A stretch of 64,000 nucleotides of DNA from an uncultured candidate division Zixibacteria bacterium. GTDB lineage: Bacteria; Zixibacteria; MSB-5A5; UBA10806. Below are positions 39,376 to 49,922 of this stretch, in pieces. The stretch is taken from assembly GCA_963817915.1 (NCBI GenBank), contig CAWFQL010000010.1, forward strand, positions 29,889 to 93,888, written 5' to 3'. The notes under the pieces are model-generated. The model did no database searches. It had not been told where the DNA came from and saw nothing but the letters and a program-made list of their open reading frames with translations. Position 1 is the first letter of the stretch. Each line of letters opens with the position of its first letter. Both the position numbers and the translations under genes were made by a program.

Positions 39376-40614
39376 TTAAACCGGCAATTCTATTCCGAAG
39401 GCTGTCTTAACATTCGGCTCCGAGTATTTAACATATATTCGGCCGCCGTGATATTCTTCCACGATCCTTCTTGCTAATGTTAACCCTAAACCCCATCCGC
39501 GCTTCTTAGTCGTAAACCCGGGAGCAAATATTTTTTTGAAGTCCGATGCCGGTATGCCTTTTCCATTATCCTCGACTGTTATCAGAACCTTATTTAGATT
39601 CTTGTTGAAGGCAGTCGATATTTGGATAACCCCGGTTTTCGGGCTGGTGGATTCGAGAGAATTTTTAATCAAATTTTCAATAACCCAGCTCATTAACTCC
39701 TTATTTATGTTTATACGAGGAATCTGGTCATATTCTTCTTTTATAATTATCCCGCCCGATGGCATTCTAAATCTGAAATAACCGACAATTTCCTTAATTA
39801 TTTCACTTAAGTCGTTGTCTTCCAATTCGGGAGCCGATCCAATTTGACCGAATCGAGTGGCAATTCTGTCCAGGCGTTTAAGGTCGCTTAGCATTCTAAC
39901 AGTCATCTCGTCGAAATTGGGGCCTGACTCATCCCCCTGGACTATAATTTTACCCTCCGCGTATTTAAGCCGGATTAACTCAACCCAACCTATCAGTGAG
40001 GAAAGCGGGGTGCCAAGCTGATGGGCGGTTTCCTTTGCCATTCCGACCCAGATCGATCTTTGCTCCGATTGCTGGATATTGCGAATACCTACGAACGCCA
40101 CTAGTATAAAGAAACCAACCACAGAAATTTCGATGACCGGCATTAGCTGAAGCCGTTTGATTAGATAAGAATCACCATAATGCAAAATGCTGACAATTTC
40201 CTTGCCGGATGTGATTTCAATCGGCGCATTTTCAGAATCGAATTCCTTGACAAAATCAGCCAGTTGCTTTTTGGCGAGCTGAGTGGTATCCGATAGGCTA
40301 ATATTTACTGTCCAGGCAGAGGGTGTTCCGCTGCGATCAGTAACCACTATCGGGATATTAACCTTGGTAATAATATTATCGAAAATGAAATTAATTACGG
40401 CGGGATCGGTAGCCTCGCTGGCGCCGTATTGAATCAAATGCGCATAGGCTTCGCTGACCCTGGATGCGTCCTGCCTGAGGTATCTGACGACCGACTGGTT
40501 GAAATAGATAAAAAGAGTTATTACGGCAATCATGCCGAATATCAGAAATGCCTTAAATAACCAGGAATATCCGACATATAATCGTTGAGTGTATCTGCCG
40601 CCGCGTTTCGCCAA
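39376..40614 (-). CDS. porY: PorY-like sensor histidine kinase
   Basis: 412 aa; two TM segments flanking a periplasmic domain; HisKA H-box KETAHQLGTPLSSL; HATPase_c (GKGIPASDFKKIFAPGFTTK...GWGLGLTLARRIVEEYHGGRI). Confidence 0.65.
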   Translation of the reverse strand: MAKRGGRYTQRLYVGYSWLFKAFLIFGMIAVITLFIYFNQSVVRYLRQDASRVSEAYAHLIQYGASEATDPAVINFIFDNIITKVNIPIVVTDRSGTPSAWTVNISLSDTTQLAKKQLADFVKEFDSENAPIEITSGKEIVSILHYGDSYLIKRLQLMPVIEISVVGFFILVAFVGIRNIQQSEQRSIWVGMAKETAHQLGTPLSSLIGWVELIRLKYAEGKIIVQGDESGPNFDEMTVRMLSDLKRLDRIATRFGQIGSAPELEDNDLSEIIKEIVGYFRFRMPSGGIIIKEEYDQIPRININKELMSWVIENLIKNSLESTSPKTGVIQISTAFNKNLNKVLITVEDNGKGIPASDFKKIFAPGFTTKKRGWGLGLTLARRIVEEYHGGRIYVKYSEPNVKTAFGIELPV

Positions 40615-40618
40615 TTGA

Positions 40619-41893
40619 TCAGCCTTTCAATGAATTGACTCCGCCGAGATACGGCTTGAGAACTTCGGGCACTGTTACCTCGCCCGATTTTGTCTGATAA
40701 TTTTCCAATATTCCAACAACCGTTCTAGGCAATGCCAGGCCTGAGCCATTCAGTGTATGAGGGAAAATAGTTTTGCCGCCTTGTTCGGGCCTATAGCGGA
40801 GATTCATTCTTCGAGCCTGAAAATCCTCGAAATTTGAGCATGAGGAAACTTCAAGCCAGGTGTCCACTCCCGGGGCGAAGAGCTCCAGGTCATAGCATTT
40901 GGCGGCGGCGAATGATAGATCGGCAGTGCAGAGATTTTTCACTCGATATGGGAGATCGAGAAGCTGCAATACTTTTTCAGCATTTTCCCGCAATAATTCA
41001 TGCTCCTTATACGATGTCTCCGGTTCGACTATTTTAACCATCTCTACTTTATGGAATTGATGAACACGAACGATGCCTCTTGTTTCTTTGCCATACGAGC
41101 CGGATTCTCGTCGAAAACAAGGAGAAAAGGCCACTACTTTTTTCGGCAGTGATCCCGGAGGGAGTATTTCCCCAGCGAAGTAATTCGTCAAGGATACTTC
41201 AGCGGTCGGAATAAGATATAGATTATCATCGGGCAAATGATACATATCCTCGGCGAGCTTTGGAATCTGGCCAGTCCCGCGCATCGCGTTTTCGCCGGCG
41301 AGATATGGAATTAGCATCTCGGTGTAGCCATGTTGATTTGTGTGAAGATCGAGCATGAAATTAATAAGAGCTCGTTCGAGGCGAGCGCCCGGTCCGGTCA
41401 GAAAATAGAAGCCTGATCCGCTGACATTCGCACCCCTCTGCAAATCAAGGGCCCCTATCATTTCGCCAATTTCCCAATGCGGTCGCGGCTTGAAATCAAA
41501 TGTTCTCGGTTCGCCCCATTTGCTTACCACAATATTATCAGCATCCGAAGTGCCTACGGGTACAGTAATGTGTGGGATATTGGGAATCCATAGCAGGATA
41601 TTTTCGATTTCGGCCTCGGCCTCTTTTAAGGCGGAATCCAGCGATGCAATTTCATTGCCTACCAGTCGCATTTTCTCTATAAGGCTTGTGGCATCCTGAG
41701 CAGCTTTTTTTAGTTTGGCTATTTCGGCGGTCACAGTATTGCGCTCGGCTTTAAGCCTTTCGACTGAGGCGATGATATCGCGTCTTTTTTCGTCCAATTC
41801 AAGGAAACGGTCTATGTTGACTTTTTCACATTTATCTTTTATGGCTTTTCTGACAATATCGGGGTATTGCCTTATGAATTTGGGATCAAGCAT
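40619..41893 (-). CDS. serS: seryl-tRNA synthetase
   Basis: 424 aa; N-terminal coiled coil plus class II aaRS core (motif 2/3 regions). Confidence 0.9.
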   Translation of the reverse strand: MLDPKFIRQYPDIVRKAIKDKCEKVNIDRFLELDEKRRDIIASVERLKAERNTVTAEIAKLKKAAQDATSLIEKMRLVGNEIASLDSALKEAEAEIENILLWIPNIPHITVPVGTSDADNIVVSKWGEPRTFDFKPRPHWEIGEMIGALDLQRGANVSGSGFYFLTGPGARLERALINFMLDLHTNQHGYTEMLIPYLAGENAMRGTGQIPKLAEDMYHLPDDNLYLIPTAEVSLTNYFAGEILPPGSLPKKVVAFSPCFRRESGSYGKETRGIVRVHQFHKVEMVKIVEPETSYKEHELLRENAEKVLQLLDLPYRVKNLCTADLSFAAAKCYDLELFAPGVDTWLEVSSCSNFEDFQARRMNLRYRPEQGGKTIFPHTLNGSGLALPRTVVGILENYQTKSGEVTVPEVLKPYLGGVNSLKG

Positions 41894-44165
41894 TTTCCAG
41901 AGACCTTTCCTTTATCAATGCTATGCCGAACACAGATTTTAATAGTATCAAAAAATCGTGATAAACAGATGATTTTTCCAGATATTCTAAATCGATTAAT
42001 AACTTTTGATCAGCCGATTTTCCGAAATACCCGGGGCCAATCAAACCCGGTTTTTCGATGAATTTTCTCCAATATCCGGGATATATTCTTTTTGCTGTCG
42101 CATATTCACTTTCAGTTGAAATTGAAGTGCCTACCAGGCTAAGATTGCCCCTGATTATCTCCATCAATCCGAAAGGATTAAACTTCGCAGATCGACCCTG
42201 CCCGTCAACCAAGTATTTGTAATTCATGACATTTTCATTTTTGACAATTATATTCATCTCTTTGACAATATTAAGCTTTTCCCGTCGAGCTAACAAGAAC
42301 TTAATTGCTATCCAGGGCGATATTATGACAAGGGCAGCTATCGAAATAGCGGCTTCGGTAATTCGTTTTATGAATCGGGAATATATTCTTCTCCCCCTTA
42401 GGGAAACCATGAAGATATTCTTAAAGACCGCTGGATTTTTTCGGAATCCCCTTAAATTAGCATGACATTCGCCTGCTACCAGGAAAATAGATTCCATATA
42501 ATAGGTAGAATCGAATATCCCCGTCAGATTTTCCTGAAAATCCGGACATATATCCAAAGCTATTCTAGCGACACGATTTGATTTTAGAATATCATTCAGA
42601 TTTTCTACTTCTCCGAGATAAATCAAATCGCTTTGGACTCTTTTTCCTACAAAGCCGACGATATTATAGTATTTCGCCAGCATCTCGATATTAACGGGTG
42701 CCTCACTATAGTTCGCTAATTTCACAATGACGCAGTTCATCTTTTTCGAGAACGCCGAATACTGTTTATTCATTATGATATGAAATAAATATCTCAGTAG
42801 AGAATTTATACTGAATAAAATAACAATAAAGATCAGCACTGATAACGGCGATACCAGGAATCCCTCGGCGGCATTGAAGTTCGCGAGGAGGAATATGGCG
42901 GCTCCTACAATATAAGCCTTTAAGTATCCAATAATATATTTTCTGTATTTTGATTCCGCGGGAAGATCGTATATCCCGGTCGCCGAGAAAAAGAGAATCC
43001 AGAATATATTGATCCATATGAGCGAGATCATCATGGCGTCGGTTCTTAAATCGGTCAAAAGATATTTAAAGGAAAATTCATATTTCAGCATGTAATAAAA
43101 AATGAATGAGAAATTGACAGCCAGGATATCAAGCAGTATGGAAGCGAGTCGTTTCCACATATAAAGGATATTCTTATACAAATGCGCGCCAGTGAAGGCC
43201 AGAATGGAAGCGATCAGCACGATGGCCAGAGTTCTCAAAGGCGACTCTCCAATATAATAAGTCATTAGACCGAATACTATCAGGAGGATATTTATTAGAT
43301 ATATTATGAAAACTGTCGCTCTGCGGGTTATTCCCATGAAACTAATTTTATGGGATGAATGATCCTTGCCTCCGACATATATTTTTCGTCCCTCGCTGAG
43401 ACGGCTGATAGTTACAAATGATAAATCGAAAACCGGATAGGCTATCATTATCATAGGAGCAAGAGCAGCTGTGAGGGATTTTGATGTATTAAGATGGGCT
43501 ATCCCCAGACATGATAAGCTGAAACCAAAAAACAGGCTCCCCGCGTCTCCGAGGAATATATTCGCGGGGGACAAATTGTATTTCAGAAAGCCTAATGCGG
43601 CGCCCGCCAGGGCAAAACTCAAGATCGCGAAAATAGGCATTTCTTTCAGTATGAATAATATGCCAAAGCCGGAAGCAATAATCAGGGAAATGCCGGAGCA
43701 AAGACCATCCATATTATCCAGAAAATTAAGGGCATTCTGCATGCTGACTATCCAGAGCATGCCGATCATGAAAAATGCGAAAATTGACATGATTGCTGGA
43801 GGATTTTCGACAAAGGCGAGAAAAATAAATGCCGCGATTGCCTGACCTACCAGTTTGGTCAGCGGCATCATTTCGTAGAAATCATCATAGATTCCGATTA
43901 TGACTATCAGAAACGCTCCGCTAATCAGCCCTCTCGCGGTCTTGGGAATATCCATGCCGAAGATTAACGATATCACGGCGACGGTGATCAAAAAGCCGAT
44001 GAATACCGACATTCCACCGCCCAGAGCAATCGGCGCGCTATGAATTTTGCGGGCCGATGGTGCGTCTACAAATTTGAATTTGATCGCAAAATATCTGATC
44101 AATGGCGTTGTAATCACTACAACAACGAGGGAAATCAGAAATGATATGAGGTAATAGTTGATCAT
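41886..44165 (-). CDS. fusion protein: MraY/WecA-family polyprenyl-phosphate N-acetylhexosamine-1-phosphate transferase (N) + degenerate WbaP/PglC-type 'bacterial sugar transferase' domain (C)
   Basis: 759 aa. N-terminal GT4/MraY-like motifs (GIYDDFYEMMP; NALNFLDNMDGLCSGISLI = NxxNxxDGxDGL). C-terminal about 350 aa has WbaP-like TM topology and a sugar-transferase-like region (ISPWIAIKFLLARRE...FNPFGLMEIIRGNLSLVGTS). That region lacks the catalytic DE dyad (DELPQ becomes NPFGL) and the PRP motif. Confidence 0.6.
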   Translation of the reverse strand: MINYYLISFLISLVVVVITTPLIRYFAIKFKFVDAPSARKIHSAPIALGGGMSVFIGFLITVAVISLIFGMDIPKTARGLISGAFLIVIIGIYDDFYEMMPLTKLVGQAIAAFIFLAFVENPPAIMSIFAFFMIGMLWIVSMQNALNFLDNMDGLCSGISLIIASGFGILFILKEMPIFAILSFALAGAALGFLKYNLSPANIFLGDAGSLFFGFSLSCLGIAHLNTSKSLTAALAPMIMIAYPVFDLSFVTISRLSEGRKIYVGGKDHSSHKISFMGITRRATVFIIYLINILLIVFGLMTYYIGESPLRTLAIVLIASILAFTGAHLYKNILYMWKRLASILLDILAVNFSFIFYYMLKYEFSFKYLLTDLRTDAMMISLIWINIFWILFFSATGIYDLPAESKYRKYIIGYLKAYIVGAAIFLLANFNAAEGFLVSPLSVLIFIVILFSINSLLRYLFHIIMNKQYSAFSKKMNCVIVKLANYSEAPVNIEMLAKYYNIVGFVGKRVQSDLIYLGEVENLNDILKSNRVARIALDICPDFQENLTGIFDSTYYMESIFLVAGECHANLRGFRKNPAVFKNIFMVSLRGRRIYSRFIKRITEAAISIAALVIISPWIAIKFLLARREKLNIVKEMNIIVKNENVMNYKYLVDGQGRSAKFNPFGLMEIIRGNLSLVGTSISTESEYATAKRIYPGYWRKFIEKPGLIGPGYFGKSADQKLLIDLEYLEKSSVYHDFLILLKSVFGIALIKERSLENA

Positions 44166-45121
44166 CTTCGATAGAAATCTATGATTTCCTGTATAGTTTG
44201 ATCGAGGGCCACTTTAGGGGCATAACCTATAGCTTTTTCCACCTTGGAAACATCGGGAACCCGTCGCTGCATATCTTCAAATCCCCTTACAAATGCTTCA
44301 TCATAAGGAATATATTGGATTAATGATGATGACTTGCACATCTCCTTTATTTTAACTGCCAATTCTCTGATGGATATCTCTTCTTTGGTTCCGATATTGA
44401 AAACCTGCCCGACAGCTTCGGGCTTTTGAGCAAGCTCCGCAATTGCCCAGACAACATCTTTGACATTGGTAAAGCAACGAGTTTGGCTGCCATCTGAATA
44501 AACTGTAATCGGCCGATGCATCAATGCCTGCTTGACAAAATTCGGTACAACCATTCCGTATTGTCCTGTCTGACGCGCGCCGATTGTATTGAATAATCTG
44601 ACTATGACAACCGGCAACTTTTTCTCCTGAAAATAGGCAAGAGATAAGAATTCATCGATCGCCTTGGAACAGGCATAACTCCATCTCGATTTGGTAGTCG
44701 GTCCAAGAAGCGAATCATCCTCTTCCTTGAATGGCACCTGTTCGTTTTTGCCATAGACTTCGGAAGTCGAAGTAATGATTACCTTTCTCTTGCGACGATT
44801 GGCGAGTTTCAAGACGATTTCGGTCCCCATAATATTTGTTTCGATTGTGCTGACCGGACGATCAATGATCAATCGAACTCCGACCGCAGCCGCCAAATGA
44901 AAGACATAATCACATTGCGATATTAACTCTGCCATCAGGATTTCGTCGAGGATATTACCAGTTATAAATTCAAAATTCTTATTTCCCTTTAGATGCGCGA
45001 TATTTTCATACCTTCCGGTGGAAAGATCATCGACCGCGACTACGGAGTATTTTCTATTTAATAATTCCTCAGCAAGCCATGATCCTATGAAACCTGCTCC
45101 CCCGGTTATCAATGCCTTCAT
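44162..45121 (-). CDS. NAD-dependent epimerase/dehydratase family protein (nucleotide-sugar)
   Basis: 319 aa; Rossmann TGGAGFIGSWL; SDR-extended family (catalytic YxxxK region). Confidence 0.8.
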   Translation of the reverse strand: MKALITGGAGFIGSWLAEELLNRKYSVVAVDDLSTGRYENIAHLKGNKNFEFITGNILDEILMAELISQCDYVFHLAAAVGVRLIIDRPVSTIETNIMGTEIVLKLANRRKRKVIITSTSEVYGKNEQVPFKEEDDSLLGPTTKSRWSYACSKAIDEFLSLAYFQEKKLPVVIVRLFNTIGARQTGQYGMVVPNFVKQALMHRPITVYSDGSQTRCFTNVKDVVWAIAELAQKPEAVGQVFNIGTKEEISIRELAVKIKEMCKSSSLIQYIPYDEAFVRGFEDMQRRVPDVSKVEKAIGYAPKVALDQTIQEIIDFYRR

Positions 45122-45672
45122 TTATTTGCCCTTTCTTTAATAATTTCGATAGCATTATATAAATTATCAGCCAGAAAATCAGGCTCAATATTAATAGAAT
45201 TGGCCTCTTTCCCGCCGTAACCAGTTTTTACAAGAATTGTCGTCAGGCCGGCATTAATACCGGCCTTTATATCCGATGATTTATCTCCGATCATCCAACT
45301 TTTGGTTAAGTCGATATCGTGTTCAAAGGCCGCCCGCAATATCATTTCCGTACCGGGCTTTCGACACTGGCAACCATCATCCGGGCCATGAGGACAAAAA
45401 TACCATCCAGCAATATTTATATCGTTATTTTTTAGTAGGGAATCAAGGCGATTATTAAAAACAATAACATCGCCTTCGGAAAAATATCCTCTGGCCACAC
45501 CGGATTGATTGGAGACAATTATAAGTTTAAAAATATTGTCGATATTCCGCAGTGCCTTTACCGAATCAGGCAGGAATTCGATAGATTGCGGATCGGCCTG
45601 AAAATTCTTTTCGATGATAATAACTCCATCTCTATCGAGAAAAATCGCTGGGGCTTTAATTGGATTACTCAT
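45118..45672 (-). CDS. gmhB: HAD-IIIA phosphatase, D,D-heptose 1,7-bisphosphate phosphatase (GmhB)-like
   Basis: 184 aa; IFLDRDGVII (DxD motif) and CPHGPDDGCQCRKP zinc/HisB-like insertion. Confidence 0.7.
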   Translation of the reverse strand: MSNPIKAPAIFLDRDGVIIIEKNFQADPQSIEFLPDSVKALRNIDNIFKLIIVSNQSGVARGYFSEGDVIVFNNRLDSLLKNNDINIAGWYFCPHGPDDGCQCRKPGTEMILRAAFEHDIDLTKSWMIGDKSSDIKAGINAGLTTILVKTGYGGKEANSINIEPDFLADNLYNAIEIIKERANK

Positions 45673-45683
45673 TAATTCTGATT

Positions 45684-46517
45684 CTAATAAGGAATTTTAA
45701 AGACATTCGACACAGATGAAAATCTGAAATCGCTCAATAATTTGTGCAATTTATTTTCGGTCGAGTGCAGGCGATGATAATGGGTTAGTGAGAGTCTCTT
45801 CGGCAGCTGAATGCGCGGCTGGTCAGGATCGATTTCCCATGGGTGAACATAAAATACGCCCGGCATGCCTTCTCTATTGATCTTATGGAAAGCCCATTTG
45901 GTTACAGGATATGGCCATACTCGAAAGTAAGCGCCTCCCCCTACGGGCAGATTAGCGCCCATAAATTTGGCAGTCGCGACTGGAATTTCGCAGATTCTTT
46001 TTCCTTTGGGAGAAGTCATATCATGTTTAAATCTTTCCGCCTTCACCACACCATAACGATAATTGAAAGTAGGATATATGCTGGAATCATACGTAAATCC
46101 ATTTTTCAATAATATATCAAAAGCCCAGAAGGATTTTTCAATAATAGAAAAAATGGGAGCTCTAAAACCAATTGGAGGTTTGCCAATTATCTTCATTATT
46201 GCCTGGTTGGTACGGGATAATTCCAAATCATACTCCTCTTGAGTTAATTTGAAAACCTGCGTATGCGAGTACCCATGAGAGCCAACCTCGTGACCGGCAT
46301 CCGAAATCATCTTTATAAGCTCGGGATTATTTTCCGCCAGATAACCGAGGACAAAGAACGTGGCTTTCACATTATGCTTTTCCAGTATTTCAAGCATTTT
46401 ATGGCAGTTTCGTTCGATTCGAGATTCGAAATTATGCCACGTATCGACTTTAAATATTTCCAGTCCCTGATACCAATCCTCGAAATCAACCGTAAAAGCA
46501 TTCACAATATCTGACAT
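45684..46517 (-). CDS. polysaccharide deacetylase family protein (PEP-CTERM/exosortase-locus type)
   Basis: 277 aa; FTVDFEDWYQ N-terminus and HGYSH typical of the DUF3473 / polysaccharide deacetylase subfamily. Confidence 0.7.
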   Translation of the reverse strand: MSDIVNAFTVDFEDWYQGLEIFKVDTWHNFESRIERNCHKMLEILEKHNVKATFFVLGYLAENNPELIKMISDAGHEVGSHGYSHTQVFKLTQEEYDLELSRTNQAIMKIIGKPPIGFRAPIFSIIEKSFWAFDILLKNGFTYDSSIYPTFNYRYGVVKAERFKHDMTSPKGKRICEIPVATAKFMGANLPVGGGAYFRVWPYPVTKWAFHKINREGMPGVFYVHPWEIDPDQPRIQLPKRLSLTHYHRLHSTENKLHKLLSDFRFSSVSNVFKIPY

Positions 46518-46521
46518 TCGG

Positions 46522-47743
46522 TTATCTCCTACTCGCGCTTACGCTTGTGTTAATAAGATCAGCGAATTCTCTGGCTAGTGTTGATCGGCGAAATTTCTCG
46601 TAGACTAATCGTTTACCATTCTGTCCCATCTGTAAAGCCTTATCGCGATTATTTTTCAAATATTCGATTTTATCGACAAGGTCCCGACAATTTCCCGGTT
46701 CATAATAAATTCCGGTATTATTATCTTCGAGAATTTTCCGGGCTTCGCCATCTACTCCAAGAATTATTGGAAGACCCAAAGCCATACAATCGAAGAATTT
46801 GGATGGAATTGTGGAAAGAAATATTTCATTTTTTATAAGAGCAACAACGGCAGCATCCGCGGTTTTGAGAAAAGATAAGGATTCATTGAAAGAGACCCCG
46901 CCAGTAAACACTATGTTTTTCAGATTTAAGGAATTCGCTTGCTTTATTAGTGCTTCCTTCATTACTCCGTCGCCAACTATGAGATACTCGATGTTATCAT
47001 TTTCTCGTGTGATTTCTGCCGCACATATAATATCCTCAACCGCACGACCTAATCCTAGCACACCAGCAAAACAAATTCGATAACGAGAATTCTTAGTTAA
47101 ATTCGAATTTGGAATATCGTCGCTATTAAGATCCGGGATCGAAGAACCATTTGGCGCTAAAAAGATATTATTTTCATCCTTATATTTGCGTAAGTAATTT
47201 TTAAAATCCGGCGGAAGTAGTAGTTATTATTCTGGCTTTTTTATAAAACATTATCGCGGGCTTCATACCGGCCCAAGCCGTAAGTGGATTATTCAAATGT
47301 CCCATTTTGATGGCAATTTCCGGCCACAAATCCCGAATATCCGCTACTAAAAAAGATTTTTTTATGAAGGCCAAAAAGATAGCGCTCGGCCCAACAAAAA
47401 GCGGCGGAGAAGATGCTATTATGACATCGGGACGAGGCAAAAATATTCCGACGATAAAAGAGGATATCATAAAGCTAAAATAATTGATTAATCTGGATAA
47501 TAAACCTGACCTTTTTGTAGGTAAAACAAACGTATGAAAAATGGAAATGTTTTCGAATTTAGTTTTTTGGAATAATTTGAATTTGTGCTCTTTACTTAAT
47601 ATTCCCGACGGATAACATGGAAATTCGCAGATAACTTTGACATCATTGCCGGAATCAGCCAAGGCTCTAGCATATGGCAGAAGTCTATTGGTTGGAGCGC
47701 CAGGCTCTGGATAAAAATATTGAGTCATCAAGAATATTTTCAT
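46522..47743 (-). CDS. family 4 glycosyltransferase, interrupted by one frameshift in a T4/A5 run (~47195-47205)
   Basis: N-terminal ORF 47201..47743 (MKIFLMTQYFYPEPGAPTNRL...) and C-terminal ORF 46522..47061 (GT1 C-domain with EGLPIILGVDGEARK...). The intervening region translates in a shifted frame as DFKNYLRKYKDENNIFLAPNGS...RICFAGVLGLGRAVEDI, joining the two halves. Confidence 0.75.
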
Positions 47744-47759
47744 CGAGATTCCAATACAT

Positions 47760-48826
47760 TTCGATAAAGATTTTCCATAGATTTCAAATTATCTTCCCAT
47801 CTATAATTTTGTTCAGCAACATGTCTTCCGGCGGATCCCATTTCGTTTGTTAACTGTGAATTCGTGACCAAGTCTTCTTAGGGCATTAACCAATTGATTT
47901 ATGTTATTTCGCTCAATCAGGATCCCGGTGACCCCATCGACTATAACTTCTGGAACACCCCCGACGCTGATGCAACGACAGGCAAACCCGTCGCCGAGGC
48001 CTCCAGCGCCGCAACGCCGAAACTTTCACCATCGGATATGGAAGGCATGACGAAAATATCGATTGAGGCCATGAAATCTGGAATTTGCGAATGCTTTAGA
48101 AATCCCAGAATTCAACTCTGTCAGAAAGACCAGATCCTCGGCAACCTTTTACGGATACGCGCCTTCCGTATGGCCCACGACCGGCGATATGAAGCTCAAT
48201 ATCAAGACCTTCGGATCTTAAAATAGCAAAGCCTTGATGAGTATATCGAATTCCGTATTTGGCGTCAAGCCTTTTGCTATTCCAATTTTGACTTTGGACG
48301 AGGCTTTCGATCGATAAATCTTAAATTCTTGAAGTCGATTCCAAACGGTATTACGCTTGGATTGGAAATATCAGGATTGAGTTTTAATGCAGCCAACCGC
48401 AAGTAATCGCTGGTCGCCGTTATTCTTTGTTGGCGCCAAGTGCTTTACGAGTCAGAATATCTTAAGATAAAATTGCGATATGGGAATATAATTATATCAT
48501 CGCCCCACACCGATAATATCTTTTTCGGGGATGATCAACAAAGCTCATCAGAACACCATAGCTCGAAGCATGATGTGCATGCAATATCTCAGGATTAATA
48601 CTTTTTACTATTTTTCTGAGCTTCCAAATTTTGAATAAATAAGTTGCCTTATCCCCGCATTGAGGCTGATACCTCCGATATCATCTTCTGAGGTCCTTGC
48701 GTAAGGTTATTAGGTCAATCTATGGCCCAAGCGATCTTAAGCCCTAAACCCATCGCTTTATATGAATAGATCGTTCCTCGCCTAAAATACAGATATGCAT
48801 GGATGAATTTGTCATATATGCGTCGC
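47760..48826 (-). pseudogene. degraded family 4 glycosyltransferase (>=4 frame disruptions)
   Basis: Minus-strand fragments MTNSSMHICILGEERSIHIKRW, ..NPDILHAHHASSYGVLMSFVDHP.., ..[50 protein letters not shown].. lie in different frames. One shift is at a C5/G5 run (47956-47964). Plus-strand ORF 47894..48226 is antisense noise. Confidence 0.65.
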
Positions 48827-49922
48827 TCACAAAGACTTCAGCATCTTGATATAAAAATAAATCAAATATCTATCAATCGATTTAATTATTTCGATCATGG
48901 GCTTGGCGGCCGGCCTGGTAAGATAATCCAAGTCATCGTTTTTTGACTTGGGAGATAAATCTAAATGAGTGAGATTAAAGTCATATCCGGCTACAATAAC
49001 CCATCCCAAATCAACAAGCTCAATCCATTCGGTTTCATCACGGGCCAAAACTACTTTCTTTTGGAGATAGGCTGATTCTCGTTGGACGCCTCCGGAATCG
49101 GTGATCACAAATTCCGCTTTTTTAATCAAGGAAAGCAAATCGTTATAACCGACTGGCTCAGTAAACTGGATATTCGCGCCGTGGATATTATTTTCGGTGA
49201 CAGGCGACAATTTTTTCCGCGTGCGTGGATGAACCGGGAATACAACTGGAAGGGGACAAGTATTCAATGATTTTATGATGGTCCTGAGATTTTCGGAATT
49301 ATCAACGGCATCGGCACGATGAATTGTGGCGAGCACAAATTGCGAGGGCAATTTCGCCAGCGACCTATTACTCTGGTTAACGTGTCCTTCGAACATGCGC
49401 AGACAATCATATAAAATATCCCCGGTGTCATGGACATTAGATGTTTTCCCTTCGTTTTTAAGATTATTTACAGACGAAGGAGTGGGACACAAAAAGAATG
49501 ACGCTAATAGAATCGGTCATGACTCTATTTATCTGCTCGGGCAAATTACGATCTTTCGATCTTACACCGGCCTCCACATGAATTACCGGTATCTTCAGCT
49601 TGGAAGCCGCGATTGATCCAGCCAGTGTCGAATTGGTGTCACCTATGACGATTGCCAAGTCAGGCTTTTCAAAATTAAAAACAGATTCAATACCTTCAAT
49701 CATTCTGCCTGTCTGACGGCCATGCGAGCCGCCGGGAGTATTCAGATGATAATCAGGATCAGGAAGATTGAGCTCCGAGAAGAAATTCTCCGACATCATA
49801 TAGTCAAAATGCTGACCGGTATGAATTAATATCGGATTGAAATACCGCGCCAATTCAAGAATTAAAGGAGCGGTTTTTATAAACTGCGGTCGAGCGCCGA
49901 CTATAACCGCTACCTTTTTCAT
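48827..49922 (-). CDS. wecB: UDP-N-acetylglucosamine 2-epimerase (non-hydrolysing), one frameshift near 49464-49492
   Basis: N-terminal ORF 49464..49922 (MKKVAVIVGARPQFIKTAPLI...HVEAGVRS) and C-terminal ORF 48827..49492 overlap in different frames; together a complete WecB/WbpI-like epimerase. Confidence 0.8.

Noticed and set aside
47894-48226. 110-aa plus-strand ORF
   Set aside because: Lies antisense to a clearly recognisable (degraded) GT4 C-domain on the minus strand.
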